The translations under genes were made by a program, and so were the position numbers. From positions 28,954,001-29,018,000 of the forward strand of contig OZ365110.1 of the NCBI GenBank assembly GCA_977030845.1: 64,000 nucleotides of DNA. Reading direction: 5' to 3'. Of this stretch, positions 39,775 to 51,000 are shown one piece after another. Under the pieces are notes generated by a model. That model saw only the letters and a list, made by a program, of their open reading frames with translations. It searched no databases and had not been told where the DNA came from. The DNA comes from Fimbriosthenelais zetlandica (lineage: Eukaryota). Each line of letters starts with the position of its first letter. The stretch's first letter is position 1.

Positions 39775-40476
39775 TGTTTGAGTGCCGGAACCCACAAGAA
39801 AAACAAAGAAAGAGTGGAAGGTGGGACCGGCAAGAGAGAGAAGCCGATCCCAAAACCCCACTGCGAAGCCATCGTTAACAATCAAAAGCCACACAGACTG
39901 AATGGCAAAGCCACATCAACCGCAATTGGCCTTCCCGAACCCTACAGGGAAGAAGTCGCATATGAAAACATGGGAAAACCCGAGCTTGAAGCCAACAAAG
40001 CTAGCATTCGATTTCTGACGTCAGAGCACCAACGTGTTGTCAATGACAATGCGAAAAACTTGGCATTGGACATGAAGAGAAATGCTGCCAATGATGGGTA
40101 TTACATAAACGATGCCTCATCCCCTTCTTCATTTTCCTCCTCCTCTTCGTCTTCTTTTCTCGGAGCGTCTACTGAAATTCACAAAGGCTCCTCTGGGTCC
40201 GTGAGTAGTGGATCCCTGGACATCCACACGGTTACCAGGGAGAAAATGGAGAATGTTTACCACGCTGAACCGCAGCTAGGTACGTGTCCCAGACCAAAGC
40301 AGAGCCGATCTCCAATCACTAATCCACATCGATTTGCTCCTGATATCCCTCCTGCTCCTGAATTGTCTGGCGACAAAGCCAATATTGTCTACACCAATAC
40401 AGCCCCACGTGAACCCGAAGGAGGCACATATGAAACACTGAAAGAAAATATTTACCGAAATATACACATTGCTTAA
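39775..40476 (+). CDS. In-frame 233-codon extension after the TGA (candidate stop-codon readthrough or alternative tail)
   Basis: Same frame as exon 7 (39415, 39775 and 39778 share phase); no stop until TAA 40474-40476. Contains YENM, YIND, YTNT, YETL, YRNI motifs, a Ser-rich tract and Pro-rich segments. Confidence 0.65.
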   Translation, partial: CLSAGTHKKNKERVEGGTGKREKPIPKPHCEAIVNNQKPHRLNGKATSTAIGLPEPYREEVAYENMGKPELEANKASIRFLTSEHQRVVNDNAKNLALDMKRNAANDGYYINDASSPSSFSSSSSSSFLGASTEIHKGSSGSVSSGSLDIHTVTREKMENVYHAEPQLGTCPRPKQSRSPITNPHRFAPDIPPAPELSGDKANIVYTNTAPREPEGGTYETLKENIYRNIHIA

Positions 40477-41140
40477 CTCCCCTTGTCTGTCCATAGAACA
40501 GTGTGGATAACCCCGAGAAGGACCGAAAGTGGCATGTGTATCTTATCCCCTTGGTCCCATCATTATAATGCTTAATGTGTGCACTTTGGAAGTAAAATAA
40601 TTGTGTAAGCATTGTCAATGGGTGCTAAACCTTACAGATCTGTATATATAATGTGTGTGTGGATACGTTCAGCGGGGGACCTATATCAATGCTTGGAATA
40701 ACACGCAAATATTGAACGCTCTGCTTCATCATACTATTCTGGTTCGGTCCATTTGAAATGACATTATGAGGAGCCTAGGGAAATATAGTCATTTCAAAAT
40801 GAAAACTCTGGTTATACCGGTGTTGGTGGGGGATGCGTATTGACTGGCTCTAACTCAGCCACCGGCCGTGGCTTGCTATCTGTGGGTGTAATATAGAGAA
40901 ATGACTGAGGCCAGGGCCAAGGATCTTAAGCCTATCAGGCTACAGTCGTATATCAGAAGCAAGGGAAAGTGGTTATCATTTAATGGGGAAAAGGCGAGAG
41001 GCATGTGAAGCCAGCAGTTAGGATTTGTGTCTGTGAAAGCAACCAATGTAAAGAGAGAAATGATGAAGTTGTCAACCAAACCAGAAAAATATCATATAGA
41101 TACAACTCATGAATCAAATACCGATTGTTTGAATGCCATA

Positions 41141-41146
41141 AATAAA
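41141..41146 (+). terminator. First AATAAA after the receptor's stop codons (candidate poly(A) signal)
   Basis: Hexamer visible; no AATAAA seen between 39775 and 41140. Confidence 0.35.
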
Positions 41147-42200
41147 TTGAAATTTCAACACAAATGAAGTTTTTAACAAATGGACAACAGAAGAAAGCAC
41201 GCCCGGAAATTTTCGTTAACATACTGAAAATAATTTTTAGAATACCGCTACCCAGCAGCACAACCTACCAAGCCAGAACCGATGTGTTTTAAGTATTTTG
41301 TTCCAAAAGAAATGAGGATCAATACTTGATAGTTCCTACTTAAGATGGTTCTATTATGTAGATACAACAACATTGTTTCTTAAACTGGGAAATTCTGCGA
41401 TGTATAGCTTTTATCCAACTGCATAACCTCCCCATTTATGGATCTTATCACCCGATGGACCAACCTCAATTTGTAAAGGGAAACAACCTCACAAAGACAT
41501 GTGTATCTATATTTTTGTTAGATAATACATTTGCTATAGAATAGCAAATACAATGTGTATGTTCACCCTTGTAAAAACAAAGCCTGTACGGCTTGGAACA
41601 AATATCGATGGCTTCGAAATGGAGTTTGTAGGGAATCTGCAAATAAAAATCCACAAAGCCTTGTGATGTTGGTGTATAATTACAAGCAGCTGCTTGGCAG
41701 ATGTAAAATACAAGTCCTTGGGAAAGGAGCTGCTCCCAGTGAGTCAAACAAACTGCTCGCTGCGTCAGATAGATGAGCACTGGACCATCACACTCTATCC
41801 AAACTGCTCATCTGGAGTGAATGTAAATAGAAACTAAAAGGCTGGAGTACTCGTGTGCAACTCAGAAAAGGCGATTTACACATTGGATCTACCTAAAACA
41901 GTCTATATATAAAATATACCTTCATTGATGCGCCGTGATGTTGATGCCGTGATGTTTTGAACAGAATGTTCCCAAATGGATATGAATATAATATACTTTG
42001 TACAATAATTATCACTTTCTGTATCAAATAAATTTGTGACAGAAACACTTGTGTGGAGCTCCTTTCATTGCCCTCTTTAGTTCTATCAGTTGAAATGTAG
42101 TGCGAGTGTGCCACCCGATATATATGGCACGAGCGTCATAAGTGCTTATAGCATAGCACTCCTGTATACATGTATGGCACTACAAAATGGATCAGCGTAC

Positions 42201-42210
42201 AATAAATAAA
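42201..42210 (+). terminator. Overlapping double AATAAA followed by a GT/T-rich stretch (candidate distal poly(A) signal)
   Basis: AATAAATAAA then gtctatgtgtatagtctttc. Confidence 0.4.
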
Positions 42211-43613
42211 GTCTATGTGTATAGTCTTTCGCTGAAGTATACGAGAAAGTAAATGTGTTAAAATTAAACCTAAAATTTCTATCAATAACATTCTCATAAC
42301 TGATACGGTTTTCTACTGAAAGATGATCATTACAGCAATAACCTGTAACATCGAGTATGGTATACAGGAGTGTTACAGTGATGTAAGGCAGAATATAATC
42401 TATACAGCTTATCTGATGTCCTAGGTGTCGTATCTAGTTATGGAGAATGAGAGCTGGGAGACTGCAGGCATGGTCTGATTTCTCTCAAGTTCTACCATCC
42501 CCCTATTACCCCTGAACATGATAAATGGTGGGCCTCCCCACCATGTCTTATCGGTATTATATATGACAGAGCACAGGAAATCTAATTCATGTCAAAATAA
42601 AACTTCATTACATGTAAATTCCCAGCGTAAACATCCTACCTGATATTGACCAAGAAGTATAGAAAAGTCTTGGTTTCACCTCCAACTCAATACTCCATAT
42701 ATAAAGGCAATTGCCTTCCCTTAATAGACACTGCTTCAATCTTACAATCTTCACTTGATTTGTGGCTCATATTGAGTGTATACAATCCTTTCAATTTCTT
42801 CAAATCGATCAATAACCATTGCGAATGAGGTTCGCTGGATTCTACAGTCCCTTGTGGGTTTGTAATTTAAGCCCAATAGTCTATTTCAAGGACCGTACAT
42901 TTCCCAAACGCATTCATCCTCATTAAAAGAGAAATATTTTAAGAGTAAGTTCAGGAGACCTTAAGATGTAGTAGTTTTCCAGAGACGAGCTTAGTTGGGG
43001 GAGTGGACAAGCCATATAAAGGTTGTCTGGATTTAATCAGCAGAGGAAAAGACCACTCAGTGTTCAGGTCGTGCTTAAATTTGTAGAAATCCCTGGGGGA
43101 ATTAAGGTCAGGGATCGGTACAAATGGCCTTATAGAGGACAAAGGTCAGGTGGGAGTGCCCCTACTCACGGCTCCCAAACAGATGTATTCATCCGCGCTA
43201 CACGGCTAAATCCTAGGAGGCCAGCCAGCCCGATGATATTTCTACAGGACTTTCTTTTTTCGATGAATTCCATCTAGGAATTGCCCAGCATGAATATTTC
43301 ATAAAGTACACTCGTCTGCTGCAGCTTATATCGACTATATCTTGGTGGTACATGGACTATATCTTGGCGGAATAAAGGGTGAGATTCATTCATCATGACA
43401 GAGATTATGCCCTATTTTGTTAGTCAAAGTCTTCAAGTCTGTCCAGACTTAAGCATTTAGCTATGAAAAGTCATATACATGCAGATATCTTGTTAGAACC
43501 CATGGGGCAGACCGACCTACTTCCACATGATATCTCATGTATTTAGGTGTAAATAACCTCACATTTAATCTGATGGGTTCATTCTGTGTCATGATCACAT
43601 GGAAGGTTAGAAC

Positions 43614-44009
43614 GGTCACATGACCCTTACCCATTGTCCACTGCTGATGACGTCACCTCGCCAACTATCGGTCAAGCTGATTACTATGATCATGAGGGAT
43701 GCTCTGGCCTTGGCTGGATGGAAGGGTGGGGGAAGTCTGCTTTAAAGCATACCTTAATTGGTAAATTGGAAGCGGCATCAGCGATCATAATCATGACCCT
43801 GCCTGGCTGGGAAAGCGACATCGTGTGATATGAGAGCAAGCCTGAGTAATCATGGCGACCTGGGACTGCCATCTCTGACCACGTGTCACCTAAAGTTGAC
43901 CAACGGTCACGCCACCTGCCACAGGGTTATGGCACCAATTGTTTGACCCTCCTTACAGAATGACCTTCAATGACCTCCAGCTGCCCTCGGGCCCTCTCCT
44001 CGCTGACCT
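43614..44009. promoter_or_regulatory. Nuclear-receptor half-site cluster with a perfect DR4, plus CRE and E-box (candidate enhancer)
   Basis: 11 GGTCA/TGACC pentamers in about 400 bp; TGACCTtcaaTGACCT at 43961-43976; TGACGTCA at 43648; CACGTG at 43880. Confidence 0.5.
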
Positions 44010-44959
44010 CTCTGCGCCCTTTTACGATCATAACACGAGAAGGCCATTTCGGACATTAGGGTCAAATTTCCAATCTGAGAAAGGCTCGCAAACCTATTAT
44101 CTCACGAGGAATGGCCGCCGTGCCAATTTCTACTCGATGGCAGCGGAGGAGCAGGATGGGGTCCTTACAGAAGCCCGGATAAAATATTCAACTGCAAGTA
44201 CTACTCACACTGCGCCTAGGCTTCGTCATCATGCCAGTCAGCCTCCTCAATCTCATTTAGATCATATTAATGGAAAAGCATGGCATTTCATTTCATTTTA
44301 TGAAGGAATTAGATCAAGACACAACAAAAAACATTGATTGCACCCCAGGGGGAGATGGCAGTGGTGGGGAAGTTGTGAGAGTCGGGCTTCAATTCCCCTG
44401 ACGGTCGTCATGAAATCTGTGTTGGAGGATTTAAATTCAGATCTCCCAGGTTGAAGGCTGATAATGCTGGGCCTCCCACGGAAGACTGAGTGTAAGGGAA
44501 AAAAGCTTAGTTGTCTCATTAGGGCCGGGCTACTGGTGGAAGCTTATTATCTGATATCTCATTTTCAAATTATCAACGCTCGGGTGTCACATAATTTATA
44601 TAGGGGTAGATGGGGATCGCCCGAGTAAAGGCAGGCTGGAACTAAAGTAATGCATCCAAGAGAACAGACCTCTCCAGGAAAATTATTAAGACAGTACACA
44701 ATAGTATGGTGGTGGACGTCTCAAAATAGCCTATATCTCTCATGGGTTAGATTTCAGCCTGTAAGTGAGCAATGTATTAAACATGATGGTTCATTCAGTA
44801 TTCTTGTTCTTTTGAGTCTACTCTTTTGTAATCAATATAAATACAGCTCGTTGGCTGAGAAGACAGCCATCAAAGATTGACCTAAGTACCTGCCAATTCC
44901 GTATCTGAGTTCAATATAAGCATCACACAAATGTGTTAGCAGACATTTAAGTATAAAGA

Positions 44960-45330
44960 TTGAGTGGATATGAACTGTGATGTCCTGCCTTTGAAAGACC
45001 TGCATTGCTAAATGTGACCAATTCAACACAACAGAGAGCATGTATCTCATCTTGGACTGAGAGATGGAGAGCCTGCTTTGCGCACAAAGAAGAGCACCTC
45101 CTTCCTGACTAGAGTGGGAATCTGAGCTACTCTCATGTCCAGTCGAGCTTCTAATGGCCAGCAGTTTTTTCTCTCAGATGGAGACCTTAGTTGGGTGGTG
45201 GCGGTCGGGTGGGAGAGGGTGAATGGGGGTAGGCTTTCATTTTGTCAAGACAAAGAGAATGGTTGTGGTCAGCTCGCATCAGTTGGTCTTTTACCAAAAA
45301 CCATCAGATGAAATGGACGCTGAGATGGTT
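44960..45330 (-). mobile_element. Possible decayed DIRS-type tyrosine recombinase C-terminal fragment
   Basis: Minus-strand GHESSSDSHSSQEGGALLCAQSRLSISQSKMR resembles G.D...YSxHSxRxGGAT; catalytic R appears as Q (CAG, one CpG transition from CGG); an upstream KTN*...TIL resembles KTDQ. Confidence 0.33.
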
Positions 45331-47675
45331 GGTGGACACGTCATGGTCAGCGAGGCTTTCTCCAGTTGCCCATCTTGATATCCTGAGCCTAATCATGCCT
45401 TGAAAGAGCTTCATATCCGGAAGACTGCATCAGGCTTCAAAGCATGAAGCCGTGGTCGGGGTTTAGGGTGGGGGTGAGAGTTGGGGAGGTGGGGAGTTCG
45501 AAAGGGCAAATCCAATCTTAGACCACAAGAAATGACCACTTTCCAAACCCATCTAATAATATAGGAAAGACACGCTCAGATGGTTCAGAGACATATAAGT
45601 ATGCCATTTTCTAGCAGTATGAAGTATAATGTAATTTTGGGCTTGTAATAAATACTACTATGTCAAATGTTTTCTCACTTATACACATCTGACAAAGATT
45701 AAAAAAGGTCATAAGACCTCCAGTTAGCTCGTTCCTTGGTATACAAAACACTTGGTATCTTTGTCACGGCTATTGAATGTGATAGTTTTACAGTGATTGA
45801 CATTGAAGTAACATTCTGGCAATGTGGCCAGCAGTGTGGTTACATGTAAGTACCAATAATCTTCTTGGGTGGGTAGAGTGGGATGTGTGGCATCTTACTT
45901 GAAAGCAATGGCGGAAGGGTGGGGTGATTGGGGGCGGGGGCCGAGAGATGTGGAGAAGATAAGGCCATCCTGAGCACATGGAGCAGCTCTTCCAGTTAAG
46001 CCGATGGAGTATCAGACTAATAAGGAGGTCGTCTGAGAGAGGAAGGGTAATGACTCATTTTGCTACGAGTCGCTCCTCCCCAGCTCCTCATGGTCCGAAT
46101 GGCTGTCTCCCTGCTTAGCCAGAGTAAAAACATCAAGCCATAATGAATTCTCTGATGGGTTTTACACTGGGTGGGCTGCAGCTCCTCTCTTTCCCCTCCA
46201 CCAACCATCCTGTATATTCATATATTTTAGTCGTATAACATTAGAGACCGGACACATGGCTTTCTGGCATGGACCATTCTTTGTTGCTAAGACGCTGCGA
46301 AACTTGAGCATTCCTTGTCTAATTCCATCAAGGATTAATAATAGATTTTAAGTAACATGAATGTAACACGAGTTTTCTTTATGCAAGACCTTTATGTATA
46401 TGGGCTGGTCTTAACCATGATTGATGAAGTCACATCTGACCAGCCAGTGATGAAAAGAAAGTATCAATTCATGGATGGTTAAACTATACCTTTCAGGGAC
46501 ATAATTGATATGAGTAAATAATTTGGCGTGCTTGTCCGATGCACTTCAAAAGCACATTACAGGCACTGCCCCATATCGAGTATTACAAGTACTCCCCTGT
46601 GGAGTCGTAGCTCCAGTGACATTAGCTATATCGGGGCCTGGTCGGTGAAATGGTCGAATATGCATCATTCCTCATTTCCATGAAAAATTGATTAGTTGGT
46701 AAAAATTTGATGGATGGGTGGTCCGAGAAGGGACAGGCAAATTGACCGGCAGGAAAGTCTTAGGGGCAGTGGAGAATGTACTCAGGAAGCTATGCCAACT
46801 GGAAATCCACTTTAATATATATTCCCAGAGTGTAAAATACCACACACTTATAAAACTTTAAGACCAACATTTGCACTCATGCTTTAGCATTGATTTCATT
46901 CCCATAAGACTAACATATAATAGAACCCAACTAAATCATCTTTCAGTTCTGGGTTTTATTTTTTCCCCGAAGGAATATGCACAGAAAAGCCACAGATGGC
47001 AAATTTCACCAACCTGTTTACTCAACCACTCAACCAGGACTCAAACTCGGTTGACAAATCGGCTTAGAGGGAATACATCCCTGTAAGCAGGGGAGAAGAT
47101 TTACTGCGTATATATGGATGGAGTGCCATCCCATATGAAAGGCGAACTTCTCCGACCCATCATAAGCCATGAATTCTAAGCAAATCCCTCAGTGCAGACT
47201 CATCAACTTTGCTGACAGACCGATTGACCAGAGCATCTCACATTTCAAGGCGATGTCCCATTAGCAAGATGAAGCCAGTGCACTCTGAGCCTCTGTCGAT
47301 TTTCCAAAAGCCACAGTGTGTGTATTGTGATTAATGTGAGAGAAATGGTAAATAGCGGGGTGAGACCAGACCGTCGTGGACTGTCCCTGTCTCTAAACTT
47401 ATACATCAACTTCCTGCCGACAACGGGCTCTCAATTACACTGCTACCAAACGTTTCTAATGTCGCAATATGGCTGGCTCTACCAGACACACAGACATCCA
47501 CACAGCCACAGAGGATTTGATATTTTAATGAACCATAAACACAAAATAATGTGCAATATTAGGGAAATTCATTCAAAATACAGCTTTGCATCATGATGAT
47601 ATCGACATTTTTATTTGCTCTAAATCTTCTCAAGTAAAGGAGATGAATCTTCCATTCAATATTTTAAGTAAGATT

Positions 47676-48072
47676 GGTCGGCCAATGAATATCATTTCGA
47701 TAGGATAAATTGAACTTAGTGGGTGACATCAATAGCCATGATTTATGGTGCCATTTCTTGTGATGATCGATTACTTCTATGCATGTGGACCTTCTGATAC
47801 CTCCCCGAGGGTTAAGAATGAGAAGAAATGGCATGGAATTTAAAGACCTGCATACCACAGACGGAATTGGACCATGGCCCCAGCCTACCAAATGCATGGC
47901 CCTATATCAGGCACAGGGCATAAAAGAAGCACCACAGCCAGGCTTGTATGCAAGCACCTGGGGGTCTGCTAGTCATACTCGAGTAATTGATCTGCTCTGT
48001 TATCACCAGCATGAGCTGCTCACGGGCTCCTCCATGGTCCAGGGAGGTTACAAGAGGCTTGTACAGTGGTGA
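47676..48072 (+). mobile_element. Decayed Ty3/Gypsy LTR-retrotransposon integrase fragment
   Basis: By-eye motifs in the correct order, with stops and frameshifts: RPMNIISI (RPxxxIxID), FLVMIDYF (xLVxVDYF), PRGLRMRRNGMEF (PxxIxSDNGxEF), YQAQGIKE (YxPQxNGxxE), LLCYHQHELLTGSS (FAYxxxxHxxTGxSP). Confidence 0.45.
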
Positions 48073-51000
48073 TGGCCCAGCAAGACCCTGTTGGTTCCAT
48101 TCAGCCATTGCTGGCTCCTGCAGCCCCTGGGTGCCTCTTTCTCTGGTGCCTCGTAGAACCCCCTCCACCTTAGTCTCGAGTTACTACCATGGAAGCAATG
48201 TGGTACTGGTGGGCCCTTCCGGCGCCTGTCTTACCATTGGGAGCCATACAGACATTTCCACCCTATGTTCACTCATATCCATCAACCATAGCATTGGAGG
48301 TTTGAAAACTACAATGCAAATCCACACTGGTGGTCCCATAAGCTGGTTGCATTGTTCATAATAACAGATTTTTTGTTGGACAAGGATGAAAAAATGTCTG
48401 ATCGATGGGAGGTATACAAAGGCCATATATTCCACACAAAGACTGTACGTCTATATTTGCTTATAGGGCGATTGTAAAACAATATCTGTTCTATATCCAT
48501 TTCCTCCATCTGTTTCTCCATGATTTATGGCAAATTCTATTTACATAACCTGTGCACCACGTCATTTATTTTGTCTTTTTATAATTATAATTCAACAGAT
48601 CATATCATCACTAAATATCACTTATTTGACGCATTTCAATGTGATGACTCATAACTTTTGACTGTAGATGGTCACTTCAGACAGGGATGATAGGGTGGTG
48701 TTTAGACGAAGTCTATTAAATCGTAAAAATGATGCTGAAGATTGCAGCAGTCATTACTTATTCATCCCGGAAGATATATAAGTCCTGACAACTTGTTTTA
48801 TTAGATTTATATCATAAAAATCACAATCAAAAATGATAATGAAGGATTTTTTGAATGCCCCGGGAGTAATATAAATTACAAGTCGCCTCTGTTTTTTTCT
48901 ATAAACATGTTCTTTGACATGAGCAAAATTATGCTGCTGAGTGACTCATAACTATGCTCTTTATGGCAGTATTGTTTTATGATAACATTGAAACTGCATG
49001 TATACGTATATGTGAAGTGCTAAATATATACAGCACATTATACTGGATGGCATGGGAAGACAGACAAAAAATGGTTTTGTGTAAAATTATGCAGGGGTGA
49101 AGGGAAATAAGAGAGCTCTATGCATGTGGATGCCCATATCATTCCATCCCTTAAACCTTTCTATGTGTACATTAGAATCACCACTTATTCCAAGAAATAA
49201 ATCATATAATTCCAACCATGAAGCCAGAAAAGTTTGATGAGCCCATCTCTTGACAAATCAGCTGCAGGAACCGAAGATGAGCTTCATTCCCTGCTTTTCT
49301 ATTCATAACACCTATCTGGTCTTGCATGTTGGAAAAAATCACCATTACTTCAAAAAACAGATCAGAGGTGGAAGAAAAAGGAGCTGGGATCACCATCACA
49401 GACAGCAGAGTCAATGAATTATTCATTACTTGACACTATTTTCTTGTGAATGATGGACTTTTTCATATTTTCCCCCACTGAGGATTTGCATCTGACTATG
49501 CCATGATTGCCATTGAAAAAGACATTTGGCGTGATATTTTTTTGTGTTGCGTGCTTCCCGGGAAGAGAGGGAGAAAAATGTCAGTGGTGATGTGCATTTG
49601 TATGGTATTCGCCAGTACTTCACAGTAGAGCAGTAATGAAAACTCATATATATTCCAAAATGGACTTCCTGATAAGCTCCAGTCATAGAAATTGGAATGT
49701 AAATTATGTTAGAGCGCGTGTTAGTGAAAGGAAATTGGAATATGAACTGTAAAAGTGTAACTCTTCAAAACAGCTCAGCCCGGCATACATGAGCTAAATA
49801 TCTTTACAAATGACATAGATAATGTAATAATTCAATAAACAAACATTTGATATTTTAAATTAACATTTGCTATATAGATCAGTGGCACAAGTCTGAGCCT
49901 CAGGCGAGAAAAAATTGAGTCGATCCATGTCCAAGTCCCATGAATATTCAATTTAAATTACTTTCAAAGACCTAGAGGGACTTTTCTGCCAATCATATGT
50001 AGTAATCTTTTTAGATGATATTGATCTGTTCAGGGCCTTATATTCCAAGACTTCATGATCCCATCTGGGGCTTTATTGCATGTATTACAAGTCCCAATCT
50101 TGCCCTTATAGTCCCCTGTGTTTACATCAGTGTTGGAAACGTGGACGCAGTCTAGAGCTATCACAGTCGCAGGCCTAATCGCATATGAGATCTACTTCTT
50201 TACGAATGAATAAGAGATTCTCTCCCAGGAGGGGTATTTAGACGTCCCTATCAACAGGAAACCGATCTATAACTGGTCACAGTTGTAGTTGTGGCAAGTT
50301 CAGCTGTGATACCAAGGGCAGATGGACATGTTATGCACAAAAGTGTGCTATATTCTCAAAAAGGGGGAGCTACTATACTATCAAAAAGCCGGGGAGACAC
50401 TCACTCTCCTAATGCAACAACAATCACCGCAGTTGAATATCTAAACATCAAGACAAAAGTAAATACTTTACACATAGGAACGTTGGCACATAGGCAAGAT
50501 TATAAATAATTATAGCATTTTTGTGATTCATTCAACTGGTATAATAAAGATAATTATGATGTAGGCCTACTGTAACTCACATTTTATAGGTTTCTGATAT
50601 CACTTGTTTATGAATTACATCCATATTCACCGAATAACGCAACTGATGAGCAAATATTACAGTTCACAGTCATATTAGTCCTAGTATAGATGTTCGATGC
50701 CATGCCAATCTAAGGCAGTAATTGGACAGCGAGTCTCCACTTCAGTGCTCGGAGGATCCTAGATATATAATGTCATACAATATTCAGAATACCTCCCTTT
50801 CCTCCTACTCTCCGAATGGTCAGTAGATAAATGGTGCAAGCAATATGGATGTCCACTCCACCAAGAATCTCAAGGTACCAGTTAAAAACGTGGAAAGAGA
50901 TGGAGAGTATATTAAGCAGTTGATGTGAGGCCATCAATTCAATGCTGGAGGTTTAAGAGCTTAGTGTTAACCTCATTCAATATTATACTATATTCCATAA

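Noticed and set aside
39772-39777. TGA-TGT read as selenocysteine (Sec-Cys)
   Set aside because: It lies in a low-complexity cytoplasmic tail with no redox fold, and I saw no canonical SECIS (AUGA...AA...GA non-Watson-Crick core) in the 3' region by eye. SECISearch would settle it.
43939-44337. 132-aa + strand ORF
   Set aside because: TTG start, no recognisable domain or exon boundaries; overlaps the regulatory motif cluster.
45458-45494. G-quadruplex-forming G-tract cluster
   Set aside because: The sequence fits the G4 pattern but has no associated feature; such tracts are common.
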